A DNA stretch of 64,000 bases from Histomonas meleagridis 2922-C6/04-290x (Eukaryota > Protista > Parabasalia), in assembly GCA_020184695.1 (NCBI GenBank), contig JAANOX010000052.1, positions 1 to 64,000 of the forward strand, in the 5' to 3' direction. A program made the position numbers and the translations under genes. Positions 52,760 to 64,000 of the stretch are shown piece by piece (the stretch's first letter is position 1; each line of letters starts with the position of its first letter). Below the pieces are notes generated by a model. The model made no database searches and was not told the origin of the DNA. It worked only from the letters and a program-made list of their open reading frames with translations.

Positions 52760-53272
52760 ATGTCATCAAAAACAATTTATGATGCATTCAAAGATAAAAG
52801 CCTTAAGGTTAATGCACCAATATCTGAAGAGAAGTTAAATGAGATTCTCAAAAATCTTGAAATCCAACCATCAGAAGAACTTATTAATTTTTGGAAAAAT
52901 GTTGGTTCAGGTTTTATTGAATCTTTAGGAGTTGCTGTGAGTGATGTTGGTCAACTTCATACATTTTCAAAAGATGAATATGATTATGAAAATTATGAAG
53001 AAATTGTTGGTAAAAAAGCGTTTCCGATCGGTATTATTTGGGAGGGGACAGATAGTTCAACACCTATTTATGAAATAGCAGAAGGTGAAGATAAAGGATT
53101 ACTTCTTGGATTTAGTTATGGTGATTTAAGTATTTATAAGTCTAAAATTAAATTCAACGAATTACTCGAATTCGTCAAATGTTTAAGTTCGAATATTGAT
53201 TATTCAGAATTTTCAGATAAAATCTTTCATTATGCATTTCAAGAAAAGATTCAAAAAACTAAAAATGATTAA
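52760..53272 (+). CDS. SMI1/KNR4-family protein (copy 2)
   Basis: 170 aa, Inr-like TCATTT just upstream of ATG, PSEELINFWKNVGSG motif. Confidence 0.7.
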   Translation: MSSKTIYDAFKDKSLKVNAPISEEKLNEILKNLEIQPSEELINFWKNVGSGFIESLGVAVSDVGQLHTFSKDEYDYENYEEIVGKKAFPIGIIWEGTDSSTPIYEIAEGEDKGLLLGFSYGDLSIYKSKIKFNELLEFVKCLSSNIDYSEFSDKIFHYAFQEKIQKTKND

Positions 53273-56200
53273 ATAATTTTTTTTTTTTTTAATTTCTCAT
53301 GTTTAATTAAAATATATATTCATGATTTTTTTAATTTTAAATTTTAAAATATTTCATTCACCAAGTAAAAGAAAAATTTTTTTTTACATAAAACAAAAAG
53401 AAGAAAAGTGACTATATTTTGAGAACTATAAGTTAATTTTAACGGTTATATGTCCCGCCAAAAGTAAATAAATAAAAAATTTTCATGCTTGATTCAGATT
53501 CAAGCTTTCAAAGTGAAATTGATGAAGTTCAACAAAACCTTCGAGCAGAAAATGAAGAACTTAAGGAAGAAAATTCATATCTTAAAGAACAATTAGATAA
53601 AACGATTTTACTTTCAGAACAAGTTGAAACATTACATTCACAAAACAATCAACTTAAAGCAAACATAAGGAATTTACAAGCAGAGAAAGAAGATCTTTCA
53701 CGACGTCTTGAACTTAGTTTACAAACTGTTGAAGAAATCAAAGAAGAAAAACGAAAAGAAAAACATTTATATGAAGAACAACTTCATCAAACGAATTTAC
53801 AATTTCAAGAAGAACTTGATAAACTTTCAAAAAAACATCAAGAAGAAGACAAAATATTAAAACAAGCACTTCAAGAAGAAAAAGAAAACAACAATAAACT
53901 TTCTATTTCAACAAAAGTCATTAATAACAAAATTGAACGAGTTCTTTCTAATTCAAACATATATTTTAATATAAGATTTCAAAATATTGAAGAATTAATC
54001 ACATTTCTTGAACAACCAAAAGATAAATTAACACAAGAAACACATCAAATAATGAAAGACAAAGATAACTCGAAAGAAATTCAACGAAATCTTTTAAAGA
54101 AATATAAAAACAAAATCAAAAGTATGAAAATTAAATAAAATCAAACAATTAAATAAAGAAAATTCAAATTTTAAGAATGAACCAAATATTAAATCAGAAT
54201 CAAATGATATTCCACGAATTATTATTCAACAACCTAAAACGAATGAACAAAATAATTTAGAAGTTCATTTTCATGAAAAAATACATGAACTTAAAAATCG
54301 AAATTCATATTTAGAAAGTACACGAGAGAAACTTCAACAACGAATTCAAGAGATTGAAAATAATGAAGAAAACTTAAAAGAAGAGAATGATAAATTAAAA
54401 CAACAAAATGAATCTATTGATTTTCTTTATAAAGAAGCACAATTACAACTTGACAGTCTTCGCAAAATTCTTAAAGAAAAACAAAACATTGAACCTAAAG
54501 AAAACGAAGAAATGAATCAAAAATCCAAAAAGCAAAATAAGAACAAAAATCAAAAAGAAATATATCAACAACGTCTTCAAGAACTTCAACAAAAGAATAA
54601 TACATTAGAAGAAATAAAAGATAAACAAAACAAAGAAAATTGTGAACTTAAAAAGAAATTAAATGATAAAGAAGAAGAAATAGAAAATCTTCAAAATGAA
54701 ATAATTCAACAACGACATGAAATTAAACTTCAAGAAAAGCAAAAAGACAAAGAACAAGAAATTACTAATGAAGATTTAATATTTAAAGGTAACCAAATTT
54801 TAATACCAAAAATCAGTAATATTGCGAATAATGAAGTTCTTCATAAAACATTTAAACTTCAAAAGATATATCAAATAATTCAAGAATTTTATGAAAATAA
54901 AATTAACGAAAATCACAAAGAACGCGAACAAGAAACGAAAGAAAACAACAAAATTTTCATAAAAATCCAAGAATTTTTGAATGATTTAATGATTAATCTT
55001 CAAAATGATAAAAATCTCATTACGATTAAAGAATTTATTCAAGAAGAAGAAATTCAAAATAATATATTAAGTCAAATTTCTAATATAATTTTTAAAATGA
55101 ATAAATATGAAAAAGAAGAAGAACAAATCAAAATAATTCTTAAAGAAATTAGTGAAATTCTTGAAATCAAAGCGTTAAATACTAACAAAGAAACTCTTCA
55201 AAATATATTTAAACATATTAAAAATCTTATTAATAATCATCAAGAAAACAATAAAAAACTAAAAAAATCACAAAAATATTATTAAAACGCTTAAAAATCA
55301 TTATCAACGTAAAAAAGAAAATTATCAAGAAGAAAATGAAACAAAACAAAAACAAATATCAATACTTGAAGCAGATAATAATGAATTAAATAATATTATT
55401 AAAACACTTCAAGAAGAAAATTCACAACTTTAAAAGTTATAATACCAAAACACAATTTTCTATTTATGATGAAGAAACTAAAGAAGATATTTCGAATATC
55501 ATTGAACAATATAAAACTCAACTTCAAACACTTCAAAATGAATATGAAAAACTTCGAAAAGAATATGAAAAATGTTCTACACAACTTACACAAACAAGGA
55601 ATTTATTAATACATCAACGTAGTGAACAAAACAAACAAAACAAAGAATATCAAGAACTTTTACAAGCGAAGGATGACCTTGAGAAACGATATCAAAAGAA
55701 GAATTCTAATGAAAAAGAACGAATTATCAATACATATAATGAAACGATTAATGAACTTCAAAAATCAAGTGAAACCACGAGGAAAGATATGGAAGAACTC
55801 ATGAACCAACTTACAGAAACAGAAAAAAAGAATGAAGAATTTCGGAACATTATTAATAAAATGAAATCACAACAACATAAACTTAAGAAACAAAATCGAA
55901 CACTCCAAGAAATGCTTGAACGAGAAAAATCATTAAGTAATAGTATTATTAAAAACGAAAAGTATAACAATGGAAACAGAATTTCAAAACAAACTTGAAG
56001 AAGAAAAGAACAATATCCAAAAACGAATTTCTAATTTATATTCATTTACAATTGAAGCATTTCGAGGTTATTATCGTCCAGGGGAACAAATTAATGAGAA
56101 ATTATTCAAAGAACTTATTTTAACAGTCAAAGCAAATCTTCAAACACTTGAAGAAACGAATCGAACTATTAGAAGATTATTGCATGCAGGAGAAAATCAA

Positions 56201-56588
56201 ACTACACAAGATGCAGTTGCAAGATTATTATATGAAATGCATGAATGAATAAATGTTAATAAATAAAATCTTTATATAAATAGATTTATATATAAATCTA
56301 ACAATAAAATTCAATAGTATAACATAATTCATTTATCATGCTTAATAAATGTTTGAGCACTGATTAGTGTTATCAAATGCGGTTTTTTGATGTCAACTCA
56401 TTGATAAATTTTTCGAAGATACCAATATCATTACATAGGGTTTGAAAAAATATTACTAAAAATTTCAAAAAGGTGGAGTTGGTTCGTAGTTAGTTGATTT
56501 TTTTTACGAAATAACATGATTGCGAAAAAGCAGTTCTAAAATTTTGCTTGACTGACCAAACAGATAAGAAACCGTTTAAACTCCGATA
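52764..56588 (+). repeat. Copy 2 of ~3.9-kb inverted segmental duplication
   Basis: Reverse complement of 30542-34481. Confidence 0.9.
53485..56248 (+). pseudogene. Long coiled-coil protein gene, frameshifted/deleted (copy 2)
   Basis: ORF pieces 53485-54138, 54512-55285 and 55970-56248. Carries ~167-nt and ~25-nt deletions relative to copy 1. Confidence 0.75.
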
Positions 56589-56738
56589 AATAAAATCTTT
56601 ATATAAATAGATTTATATATAAATCTAACAACAAAATGCAAAGATTTGCCAAAACATTATTAAATTAGGAATCATTAAAATTTTAAGATTGTAATATAAA
56701 ATAATATTTAATATACTATAATTGAATTAATTACAAAA

Positions 56739-56810
56739 GGTTCCATAGTGTAACGGCTATCACTTGGGACTCTGAATCCCGAGACCCAGGTTCGACTCCT
56801 GGTGGAACCA
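56739..56810 (+). tRNA. tRNA-Gln(CTG)
   Basis: Acceptor stem GGTTCCA/TGGAACC, anticodon arm TGGGA-CTCTGAA-TCCCG, T-arm GGTTCGACTCC; 72 nt followed by T-runs. Confidence 0.95.
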
Positions 56811-56982
56811 AAATTTTTAATTTTTTTTCGGAAACTTTGGTTAACCAAAAACCCATTCTTTGTTTTTCTCTAAGTATTTAAGGACATGGCCATATGACTT
56901 CGGAAATACTTATTATTGTTGTGAGCTTCTAATTCTTCTTACAAGATTTTTTTTAATATGAAATTTAAATATAAATTATAAT

Positions 56983-58872
56983 TTATTTAATAAACAATAA
57001 TCCAACATTGATACCAATTACAAGTGCGATTGTGATCATTAAAAGGTATGAACCATTTGTTGATTCATCTTTTGTCTTTATGAATGATCTTGGACATTTA
57101 TTTGAAATATCTAAACGTTCGACGGGGTACCCTGAAAAAACAGCCGAATCATATTCAAAATTCACTGAAACGTTCAAATTTCTTTTAGCGCCGATCAAAA
57201 TCGACCTATCGTTGAAGTCTTTCATTCCGCAAAAGACGAACTTTCTAATATCATTACAATTAGCGAAAGCTTCCGTACCAATTTTTTCAATTGATGAAGG
57301 GATAACGATTGAGTTTAATTTTATGCAATTATAGAAAGCCTTTTCTTCAATAACACTTAAAGAAGGCTGAAACTTCACTTTTTGTAACGAGTTACAATAA
57401 GCGAAAGCTTCTTTATCTATAATGCTTAAAGACGAAGGGAAAACAATTTTCCTTAACTTATTACATCTATAGAAAGCGAAAGGAGCTATTTTTTTCACGG
57501 AGTTTGGGACTGTATAATTTACATCTTTCTTAGCACAAGGATAAGAAATTAAAATAGTTTTATCATTATTAAAGAGTACTCCGGATCCCTTTAAATCAGA
57601 GAAACTAAAACTAAATGAAATTTGGATTGCTTCAAGTGATAAACAGTTTTTAAATGGAGCAATTCCATTAATTCTTTTCACGTTTTTAAGTGATATATAT
57701 GTCAGTTTATTTGCATTTTCAAATGCGTTTTCATGAATTGTACTTACTGTCGATGGAACTGTAAAATTACCAACTCTTCCACATGGATATTTGATAAGTG
57801 TTTTACATTCCTTATCATAAAGGATTCCATCTTTTTCATAATTAGAAAATTTCTCATTGTTAAGATCAACAATTATCGATTCCAAATTATTACAATTAGA
57901 AAATATATTTTTTCCAATTGTAATAATTCGATTTGGAAGTCGAATTGTTTTTAATCCTGTGAATTCGAATGCATTATCTTCAATATATTTTACATATGTT
58001 GGAATGTTAATAGAATTAAGTGACGTACATTCAGAAAATGAATATGAACCAATGGTTGTTATGGATGAAGGAATAGAAATTGTTTGTAATCGAACACATT
58101 TCGCAAATAAATATTTGGGAATAATAGAAATTGATGATGGAAGAACAATAGATGTAAGACGAACACAACTATAAAAGGAATAATCTCCAATGGATTGTAA
58201 AAAAGTTGGAAGATTTATGGATTCAAGTCGTCGACAGTTATAAAAAGAGAAATTTGAAAGCGATCGAACTTGTGAAGAAACATAAAAATCGCCTTTATGT
58301 CTTTGTGGACATGATACAAGAATGGATTGATCTTTGCTATAAAGAATGCCATCAGAAGATGTGAAATTTTGATTATTTGGATCAACTTGAAATGAAGATA
58401 ATTTGGAGATGATAAAAGCATATTGGGAAATTGATTCCACAAATGATGGCAATGTATATTTAGAACCTTTGCCTGGTGGAAGAATATATAATATCTTGAG
58501 ATCTTTTGAATAAAGAATTCCATCAGAATTAAAATTGGAATAATTGGGATTGTTGGGGTTAACATGAATAAATGAAAGTCGTTTGCATCCGATAAAAGCA
58601 CTTGAATTGATTGAAAAAATAGAAGAAGGGAGTGAAATTGAAAAAAGATTCTTGCAACCAAGAAATGTTTTAGGACCAATTGTTTCAACTCCTTCCATTA
58701 CTGTAACTTTGGTACATTTTTTATATTTAAACTGAAGGTTTTGGAGAGAAGAATAAGAAAGATGTACAATTGTTCCTGAAATTGTGAGTTCGTTTTCTGT
58801 GTAATAAATTCCAGAATCATAGTATGGGGATTGATTAATTGCAGTAAGGAAATGAATAAAAAGAATGAACAT
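56983..58872 (-). CDS. BspA-like leucine-rich repeat (LRR_5) surface protein
   Basis: Repeats xIxLPSSIxxIxxxAF and DGILYSKD, N-terminal hydrophobic leader, C-terminal TM. Confidence 0.9.
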   Translation of the reverse strand: MFILFIHFLTAINQSPYYDSGIYYTENELTISGTIVHLSYSSLQNLQFKYKKCTKVTVMEGVETIGPKTFLGCKNLFSISLPSSIFSINSSAFIGCKRLSFIHVNPNNPNYSNFNSDGILYSKDLKILYILPPGKGSKYTLPSFVESISQYAFIISKLSSFQVDPNNQNFTSSDGILYSKDQSILVSCPQRHKGDFYVSSQVRSLSNFSFYNCRRLESINLPTFLQSIGDYSFYSCVRLTSIVLPSSISIIPKYLFAKCVRLQTISIPSSITTIGSYSFSECTSLNSINIPTYVKYIEDNAFEFTGLKTIRLPNRIITIGKNIFSNCNNLESIIVDLNNEKFSNYEKDGILYDKECKTLIKYPCGRVGNFTVPSTVSTIHENAFENANKLTYISLKNVKRINGIAPFKNCLSLEAIQISFSFSFSDLKGSGVLFNNDKTILISYPCAKKDVNYTVPNSVKKIAPFAFYRCNKLRKIVFPSSLSIIDKEAFAYCNSLQKVKFQPSLSVIEEKAFYNCIKLNSIVIPSSIEKIGTEAFANCNDIRKFVFCGMKDFNDRSILIGAKRNLNVSVNFEYDSAVFSGYPVERLDISNKCPRSFIKTKDESTNGSYLLMITIALVIGINVGLLFIK

Positions 58873-58979
58873 TGGAATTGTGGTCATTTAAACGGCTTCG
58901 ATGTCGAACGTTAAAAAAATGGCGCAATAAAAACCGTCAGTCTGTTAACTTTTTCAGAATTTACAGTTCAGCAAAACGG

Positions 58980-60242
58980 ATGTTCTCTTGTTCTCTTCCT
59001 TTTTACAAAGATCCAAGTAATTTTACCGAAATTTACACCAACAACAAAGAAGGAACTGTGTATGTAGAGAACGAAAACGTACTCTATAACATAATTAGAT
59101 TAAAAAAGAAAATATTTCAACCTTCAATACTCGAAGCATTTTCTATTGCAATGTCAAAAGCAATCCGTATATTAACATTTGAATGCGAATATGTTATACC
59201 AATTTCATCATGGACAATAATCCCAGATCCAATTTGCCCACTTTTTATCACATGTACAAATTTGAATCGAAAAGAAGGAGTATACCTGCCATTTACAAAA
59301 GATATCTGTTCTAATAACATTCGAGAGTTCAGAATTCGAAATATATTTTTTGAACTTGTATCTGTTCTCAAAAGAATGAATACCACGTATGGCATAGAAC
59401 ATGGAGATTTAACTATTGACAAGTTATTATCACTTTCAAGAGATCCATATATCACAGGATTTGGTATTAACCTAATACGGCCATTCATCAAAGAAGAAGA
59501 TCCAAAAACAGATATACAGTCTCTTGTCGCTATTATGAAATATATTTGCGAGAAGCGAAACATTCAATTTGCAAGATTTATCCAGAAGGAAGATATTTCA
59601 AATTATGAAGAACTATCATCTGCACTCAGCAGTTTATTCCATTTCTCCCGAAGGTATCGAATTGAGCTTACACCTCCACAGCTTGTTAGTGGTCTTACAA
59701 ATTGTCTTGTTCGTAATTTTGCTTCTAGTGTCAACAAATTCACTCTTAATTCTTTAAGCCCAATTCGTTATAAGCTTGTTTGTTCTGTCAATGAATATAT
59801 TTTATCACGATTCTTTAAGTATCATTTTTATATTCTTTTAAACGAATCCAAAATTTTACGAGGTCCAAAAACTACAATCAAAGATCAACTTAAGGTTGTT
59901 TTGGGATGTTATAAAAACAAGAATTTGACTGAAAACTTCGAAACTTTGGCTCAAATTGGAACACTTGAATCCATAACAATTTGTGGCACTTTTATGTTTA
60001 TTTTAGGCCAGAAAAACTATCAAAAAGTGCTAACGGCGGCGGCTGAAAACGGTTCTGACGAGGCAATCATCGATTTAGGAATTTCGTTGTTGTTTGATAT
60101 CGTTTCAAGTGGAACAAATGATACAGATAAGAGACAACGCGGATTCCAGTTCTTAGAAAAGGCAAAAGAGAATGGAAGCGAGCATGCAAACAAAATGGCA
60201 ATTTATTTTGATAAATTCCTGAAAATAATATTTGATGAATAA
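58980..60242 (+). CDS. Divergent protein-kinase-like fold with C-terminal SEL1-like repeat
   Basis: HGDLTIDKLL, PYITGFG and DIQSL subdomain remnants; LTAAAENGSDEA...FLEKAKENGSEHA. Confidence 0.5.
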   Translation: MFSCSLPFYKDPSNFTEIYTNNKEGTVYVENENVLYNIIRLKKKIFQPSILEAFSIAMSKAIRILTFECEYVIPISSWTIIPDPICPLFITCTNLNRKEGVYLPFTKDICSNNIREFRIRNIFFELVSVLKRMNTTYGIEHGDLTIDKLLSLSRDPYITGFGINLIRPFIKEEDPKTDIQSLVAIMKYICEKRNIQFARFIQKEDISNYEELSSALSSLFHFSRRYRIELTPPQLVSGLTNCLVRNFASSVNKFTLNSLSPIRYKLVCSVNEYILSRFFKYHFYILLNESKILRGPKTTIKDQLKVVLGCYKNKNLTENFETLAQIGTLESITICGTFMFILGQKNYQKVLTAAAENGSDEAIIDLGISLLFDIVSSGTNDTDKRQRGFQFLEKAKENGSEHANKMAIYFDKFLKIIFDE

Positions 60243-60389
60243 AATGTGCAGTTTTTGGATTTCTTTTTTATTAAATCATCGAATAATCTGTGTAACATGA
60301 TGATCTAAATAGATAACTGCAATAAATATTTTGCTCAAGTAGCAATAAAATAAAGAAATTCATTAATTTAAAACGAACAATTGTTAATA

Positions 60390-61686
60390 TAGGGTGTTCC
60401 ACCCCAACTGTAGTATCTCACTCATTTTTTAAGTTTTTTTAAATTTATTAATAAAAATGAAATGTTTATTAAATATACTCTCCATTTGTTTCGATAACTT
60501 TTTTAAGTCTTTTTCCAATACGTCAAAAACGCTTTGCAAATTTTCTTTCGGTATATTTAATAATATTGAAGTCACTTTTTCTTCAACCTTTTCTCTACTC
60601 TCATATTGAAATCCTTCCATTATTCCTTTTACATACCCAAATAGGAAAAAGTCTGAAGGAGCTATATCTGGGGAGTAGGGGGGATGAGGTGCTATTTTGA
60701 GCTTGTTGGAGTCCATGTATAAGATTGTATATCTCGACGTATGCGGTTTTGCATTGTCGGCATGTACAGTTATTTTTCTTGTGTCATTTTTAAGATTTGT
60801 ACCATTCTTTTTGGAAAGTTTTGATAAAATATATTTTACATAATATTGTGAATTAAATGTTTCTCCCTTTGAAAGAAAGTCAATAACTTTAAATCCGTGG
60901 GTATTCCAAAAAACCGTCAACATTACTTTTTTTTGCGTAATAGTCCTTTTGCTTATTGTACCTCGTGGTGTTCCTCGTGGTATCCATTGTCGAACATAAT
61001 AATAATCATAAATAAACCAGGACTCGCCACCTGTTATAAAATATTTATAACTGTTATGTCTTGCAATCTCTAATGTCTTTAAAAGTTGAATTGATTTAGT
61101 GACTCTTTGTTTTTTAATATCTTCCGTCAGTAAATGTGGAACCCACTTTAAAAGTTTATTTTCATAGCCAAGCTTTTGAGTAAGATGCCTATATACAGTA
61201 GTGTTTGGAATCTCTGTTAACTTAGCTATTTGTCTTATCGAAAAATATGGAAATTTATCTAAAATTTTCGAAATTTTTAAATCAACATTTTCGTCAATAG
61301 GGGTAATCGGTTCACTAATGTTAGGTGACATTGTTTGATTAAAACTTCTTTGTCTGAGGTATTTACATACTGTTGAATATGAAATACATTTTTCGCCCAA
61401 TATGATCTCCATTTCGGTATGAATCGCTTTTGCTGACATTCCCTTTATCGCGAGATATATTGTGATTGATTTTTGATCAAGCTCCATAATGGAGGGGTAA
61501 AAATTTTAAACGTCATTTTTTGCATTCAATTAAAGAAAAATCGATTATTAGTTAATGATAGACTTGACAAAAATTATTTTTAAATAAAAAACAAAACCCA
61601 TTAAATTTAGTGTTTTTATTTATATATAAAATATTATTGTATCTATTCTATATAAAGAGATACTACGGTAGGGGTGGAACACCCTA
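60390..61686 (-). mobile_element. Mariner (Tc1/mariner DD34D) DNA transposon, 1297 bp
   Basis: 30-bp TIRs with 2 mismatches: TAGGGTGTTCCACCCCAACTGTAGTATCTC at 60390-60419, and its counterpart at 61657-61686. TA target duplications at 60388-89 and 61687-88. Confidence 0.93.
60429..61487 (-). pseudogene. Mariner transposase, probably inactive
   Basis: WVPHLL, TGGESW (the first catalytic Asp reads Gly), HADNAKPH-34 aa-YSPDIAPSDFFLF. The native C-terminus KRLKKVIETNGEYI* is in another frame. Confidence 0.85.
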
Positions 61687-61761
61687 TATTTGAAATTTAC
61701 AAAAAAATTTTTGTTTTAAACTTTTTAATTTACATACAAATTCATTACGATAAAAAACATT

Positions 61762-62892
61762 TTATTTACCACCTTCTATAGCCTCTACGATGCTCATAGA
61801 AAGCATTTGTATATCTTCATTTGTACTTTCATTAGCCAATGCGTTTAAAGTATCCACAGCGTCATCATTTTGCATAAACAATTCGGCCAATGATTCCAAA
61901 TTATTTCTTATACAACTCAACAAAAAAACTATTTCAGGCTCATCAAAACATTCGCACAACTCAATCGAATCCAAAAACATAACATCGAAATATTCTTTAT
62001 ACCGCACATCATCGAAACAATACATCAAACATTGACTAAACAAATCCAAACCAATTTTTTTATACTCGAAATTCGCGTTTATCGTTTTCTCGAAAATTCT
62101 TTCAACAAAAGGGAAATAGTCATGTATTATGTTTGGGTTCATTAATATTTGATTATATAGGAACAATATCGATGGATAACATAATGAAATTTCTTCATTT
62201 AATAACTCGTCGATTACATTTGGAAATTGTAATTCTTCCAAAACTAAAATAAAATTCGGATTTATTATTTGGTTAAATAGTTTAAATACTTCAACAATTC
62301 GTTGTTGATGTAAAAGTAATATAAGTAATGGTTGAAGACATTTATTAACAAATTCGTTTTCGATGTTTTCATCATTAAATTTAAGTAAATTTTCAAGCGC
62401 TTGTAATAACGTTAAATTAACTTTGGAATTATTAAAAAACTTATAAAACATATTAAATGTAATGTCAGCATAACACATAGAATGCATTGATATGAATAAT
62501 AATAAATTGGAAATCGAAATTATGATTTGTGGCTGTCGAAGATATTCAATTGTACGATGAAGAACTTGAGTAAGACCACACCCGAGAAAATGGGAAATAG
62601 TAAAAGGATTAATTAATATAATTGAAGAGATTAATTCAATCGTTTTAGAGATATGATTAAACTTTTGAAATACAATCATGATTTTTGGAATTTGGTTTAT
62701 TAAAAAATAATTAGCTTGAGGAATTTGAATGTGAATAAATAATAAAATTGACATGGATAATGAACAATAAACAGGATCAATCATGGCTGATTCCAAAATG
62801 TTATTTATGAAATCACCTAAAACAACTTCGGTGTCGAGTATAACAAATGGGTTTGTTTTTAGAACATGAAGTAAATGCTGTAAATCTGACAT
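61762..62892 (-). CDS. Hypothetical ARM/HEAT-like helical protein
   Basis: 376-aa Leu/Ile-rich ORF with acidic C-terminus. Confidence 0.7.
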   Translation of the reverse strand: MSDLQHLLHVLKTNPFVILDTEVVLGDFINNILESAMIDPVYCSLSMSILLFIHIQIPQANYFLINQIPKIMIVFQKFNHISKTIELISSIILINPFTISHFLGCGLTQVLHRTIEYLRQPQIIISISNLLLFISMHSMCYADITFNMFYKFFNNSKVNLTLLQALENLLKFNDENIENEFVNKCLQPLLILLLHQQRIVEVFKLFNQIINPNFILVLEELQFPNVIDELLNEEISLCYPSILFLYNQILMNPNIIHDYFPFVERIFEKTINANFEYKKIGLDLFSQCLMYCFDDVRYKEYFDVMFLDSIELCECFDEPEIVFLLSCIRNNLESLAELFMQNDDAVDTLNALANESTNEDIQMLSMSIVEAIEGGK

Positions 62893-63471
62893 TTTTGAAA
62901 AATTATAACTAAGTGCTGAGATTGGAAGGCATATAGATTCAATATCTTGTTCTTCGCCTTCACTTATAAAAGAAATGTGTTCATCAGAAATCGAGAATAA
63001 ATCAACTTGTGGGACAGAAGATCCTTTATAAATCGTCTTTTTATTTGACGCTTTATTTTCTCATAATTATTTTTGCCAATGATTTTTTCTTTCAATTTTT
63101 TTCATGTTTTGCTGTCAAAAAAAATTTCTCGAAACTTCTACAGTAGATAGAGAAAAACCTATATATCTATGAACACATTTTTTGTGTTTTCTTCTGTGCG
63201 TTTTGGAGAAAAAGCGAAATTACGAAAAATGGAGCTCTCTTGAATGGTAAGAGTTTTAAGAAAAATATTACTATTCATTACTATTTTTGTAAAGTGCATA
63301 TATAAGCGGTAAAAAGTTAATTTGAACATGTGACATATTCCATTTATAATGAGGTAAGCATGAATTTAACTATCATTATAAAAAATATTCTTAAATTTTG
63401 ATTGCAATGAGCTCTAAGTTCGAATGCCAGCTTGTTTGCTTATAATAATGAGAGTTTATTCATAAACGAGT

Positions 63472-63870
63472 TTATGTATAATTATCTGCTGCAGCCTTAT
63501 TGTTTTCTTCATTTTGTTGTTCCCAAACAGCTCCATTGGTTCCACCGAAAGGAATCGGTTGCTGTCTCATACAACCTTTACATGAACATCTTACTGATAA
63601 ATCAATAATAATTGTAAGAACAATTATAACAGCACCTATAATATATCGTTTCATGGGTATTGCATCACCTCCTAGGTCTCTAACACATTTAACATCCTTT
63701 TTAGATGATTTATCTTTGCACCTAATGAAATTACTTGATGTTGAGTTGTAACAACGCTTATCATCTCTGCAGTATCCACACCCTTGTGTGTAAAGACACA
63801 ATGGGCAATTAGTTTCGCCCAAATCTTCGCAAACATCTGAAATTACAAGAGAAAACAAAGCAAAAAACAT
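63472..63870 (-). CDS. Small PSI-domain type I membrane protein (PTTG1IP-like)
   Basis: Signal peptide, C-x6-C-x2-C-x5-C-x2-C-x5-C cluster, TM helix, cytoplasmic tail. Confidence 0.6.
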   Translation of the reverse strand: MFFALFSLVISDVCEDLGETNCPLCLYTQGCGYCRDDKRCYNSTSSNFIRCKDKSSKKDVKCVRDLGGDAIPMKRYIIGAVIIVLTIIIDLSVRCSCKGCMRQQPIPFGGTNGAVWEQQNEENNKAAADNYT

Positions 63871-64000
63871 TTAAGATAGCCAACGACAAGAATTTAAAAG
63901 CTTTACGATGCAATCAAGTGATTTCAAATTTCTTGTCGTTTTTTGAGTTAACTATTGAATTATCACTCTTTTGAATGACCTGTTTTGAATAACTATCGTC

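Overview
AT-rich, gene-dense eukaryotic DNA from a parabasalid (trichomonad-type) protist. Support: DUF3447-ankyrin genes, BspA-like LRR protein, Inr and CCTTT/Myb-type core promoter motifs, Mariner element. The species cannot be fixed from sequence alone. The window opens in a probable Polinton/Maverick-like endogenous viral element: a capsid-like ORF followed by a 796-aa protein with three internal repeats. Housekeeping genes follow (RhoGEF-Kelch, Mo25, Vps55, Vti1, SKIP/Prp45, RPS26, Cdc25, PIP5K, Rab, tRNA-Gln), plus a 3.9-kb inverted duplication and a defective Mariner. Most striking: every ankyrin repeat in the DUF3447-ankyrin genes is followed by a stereotyped ~83-nt AT-rich spacer. The spacers are stop-rich and lack consistent GT-AG ends, while the 87-nt ankyrin units stay open. 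This suggests an undescribed non-canonical intron or recoding system. A likely 25-nt GT-AG intron in PIP5K and an snRNA-like candidate were also found. Caveat: scattered 1-nt frameshifts at homopolymers suggest imperfect polishing, so single indels may be errors.
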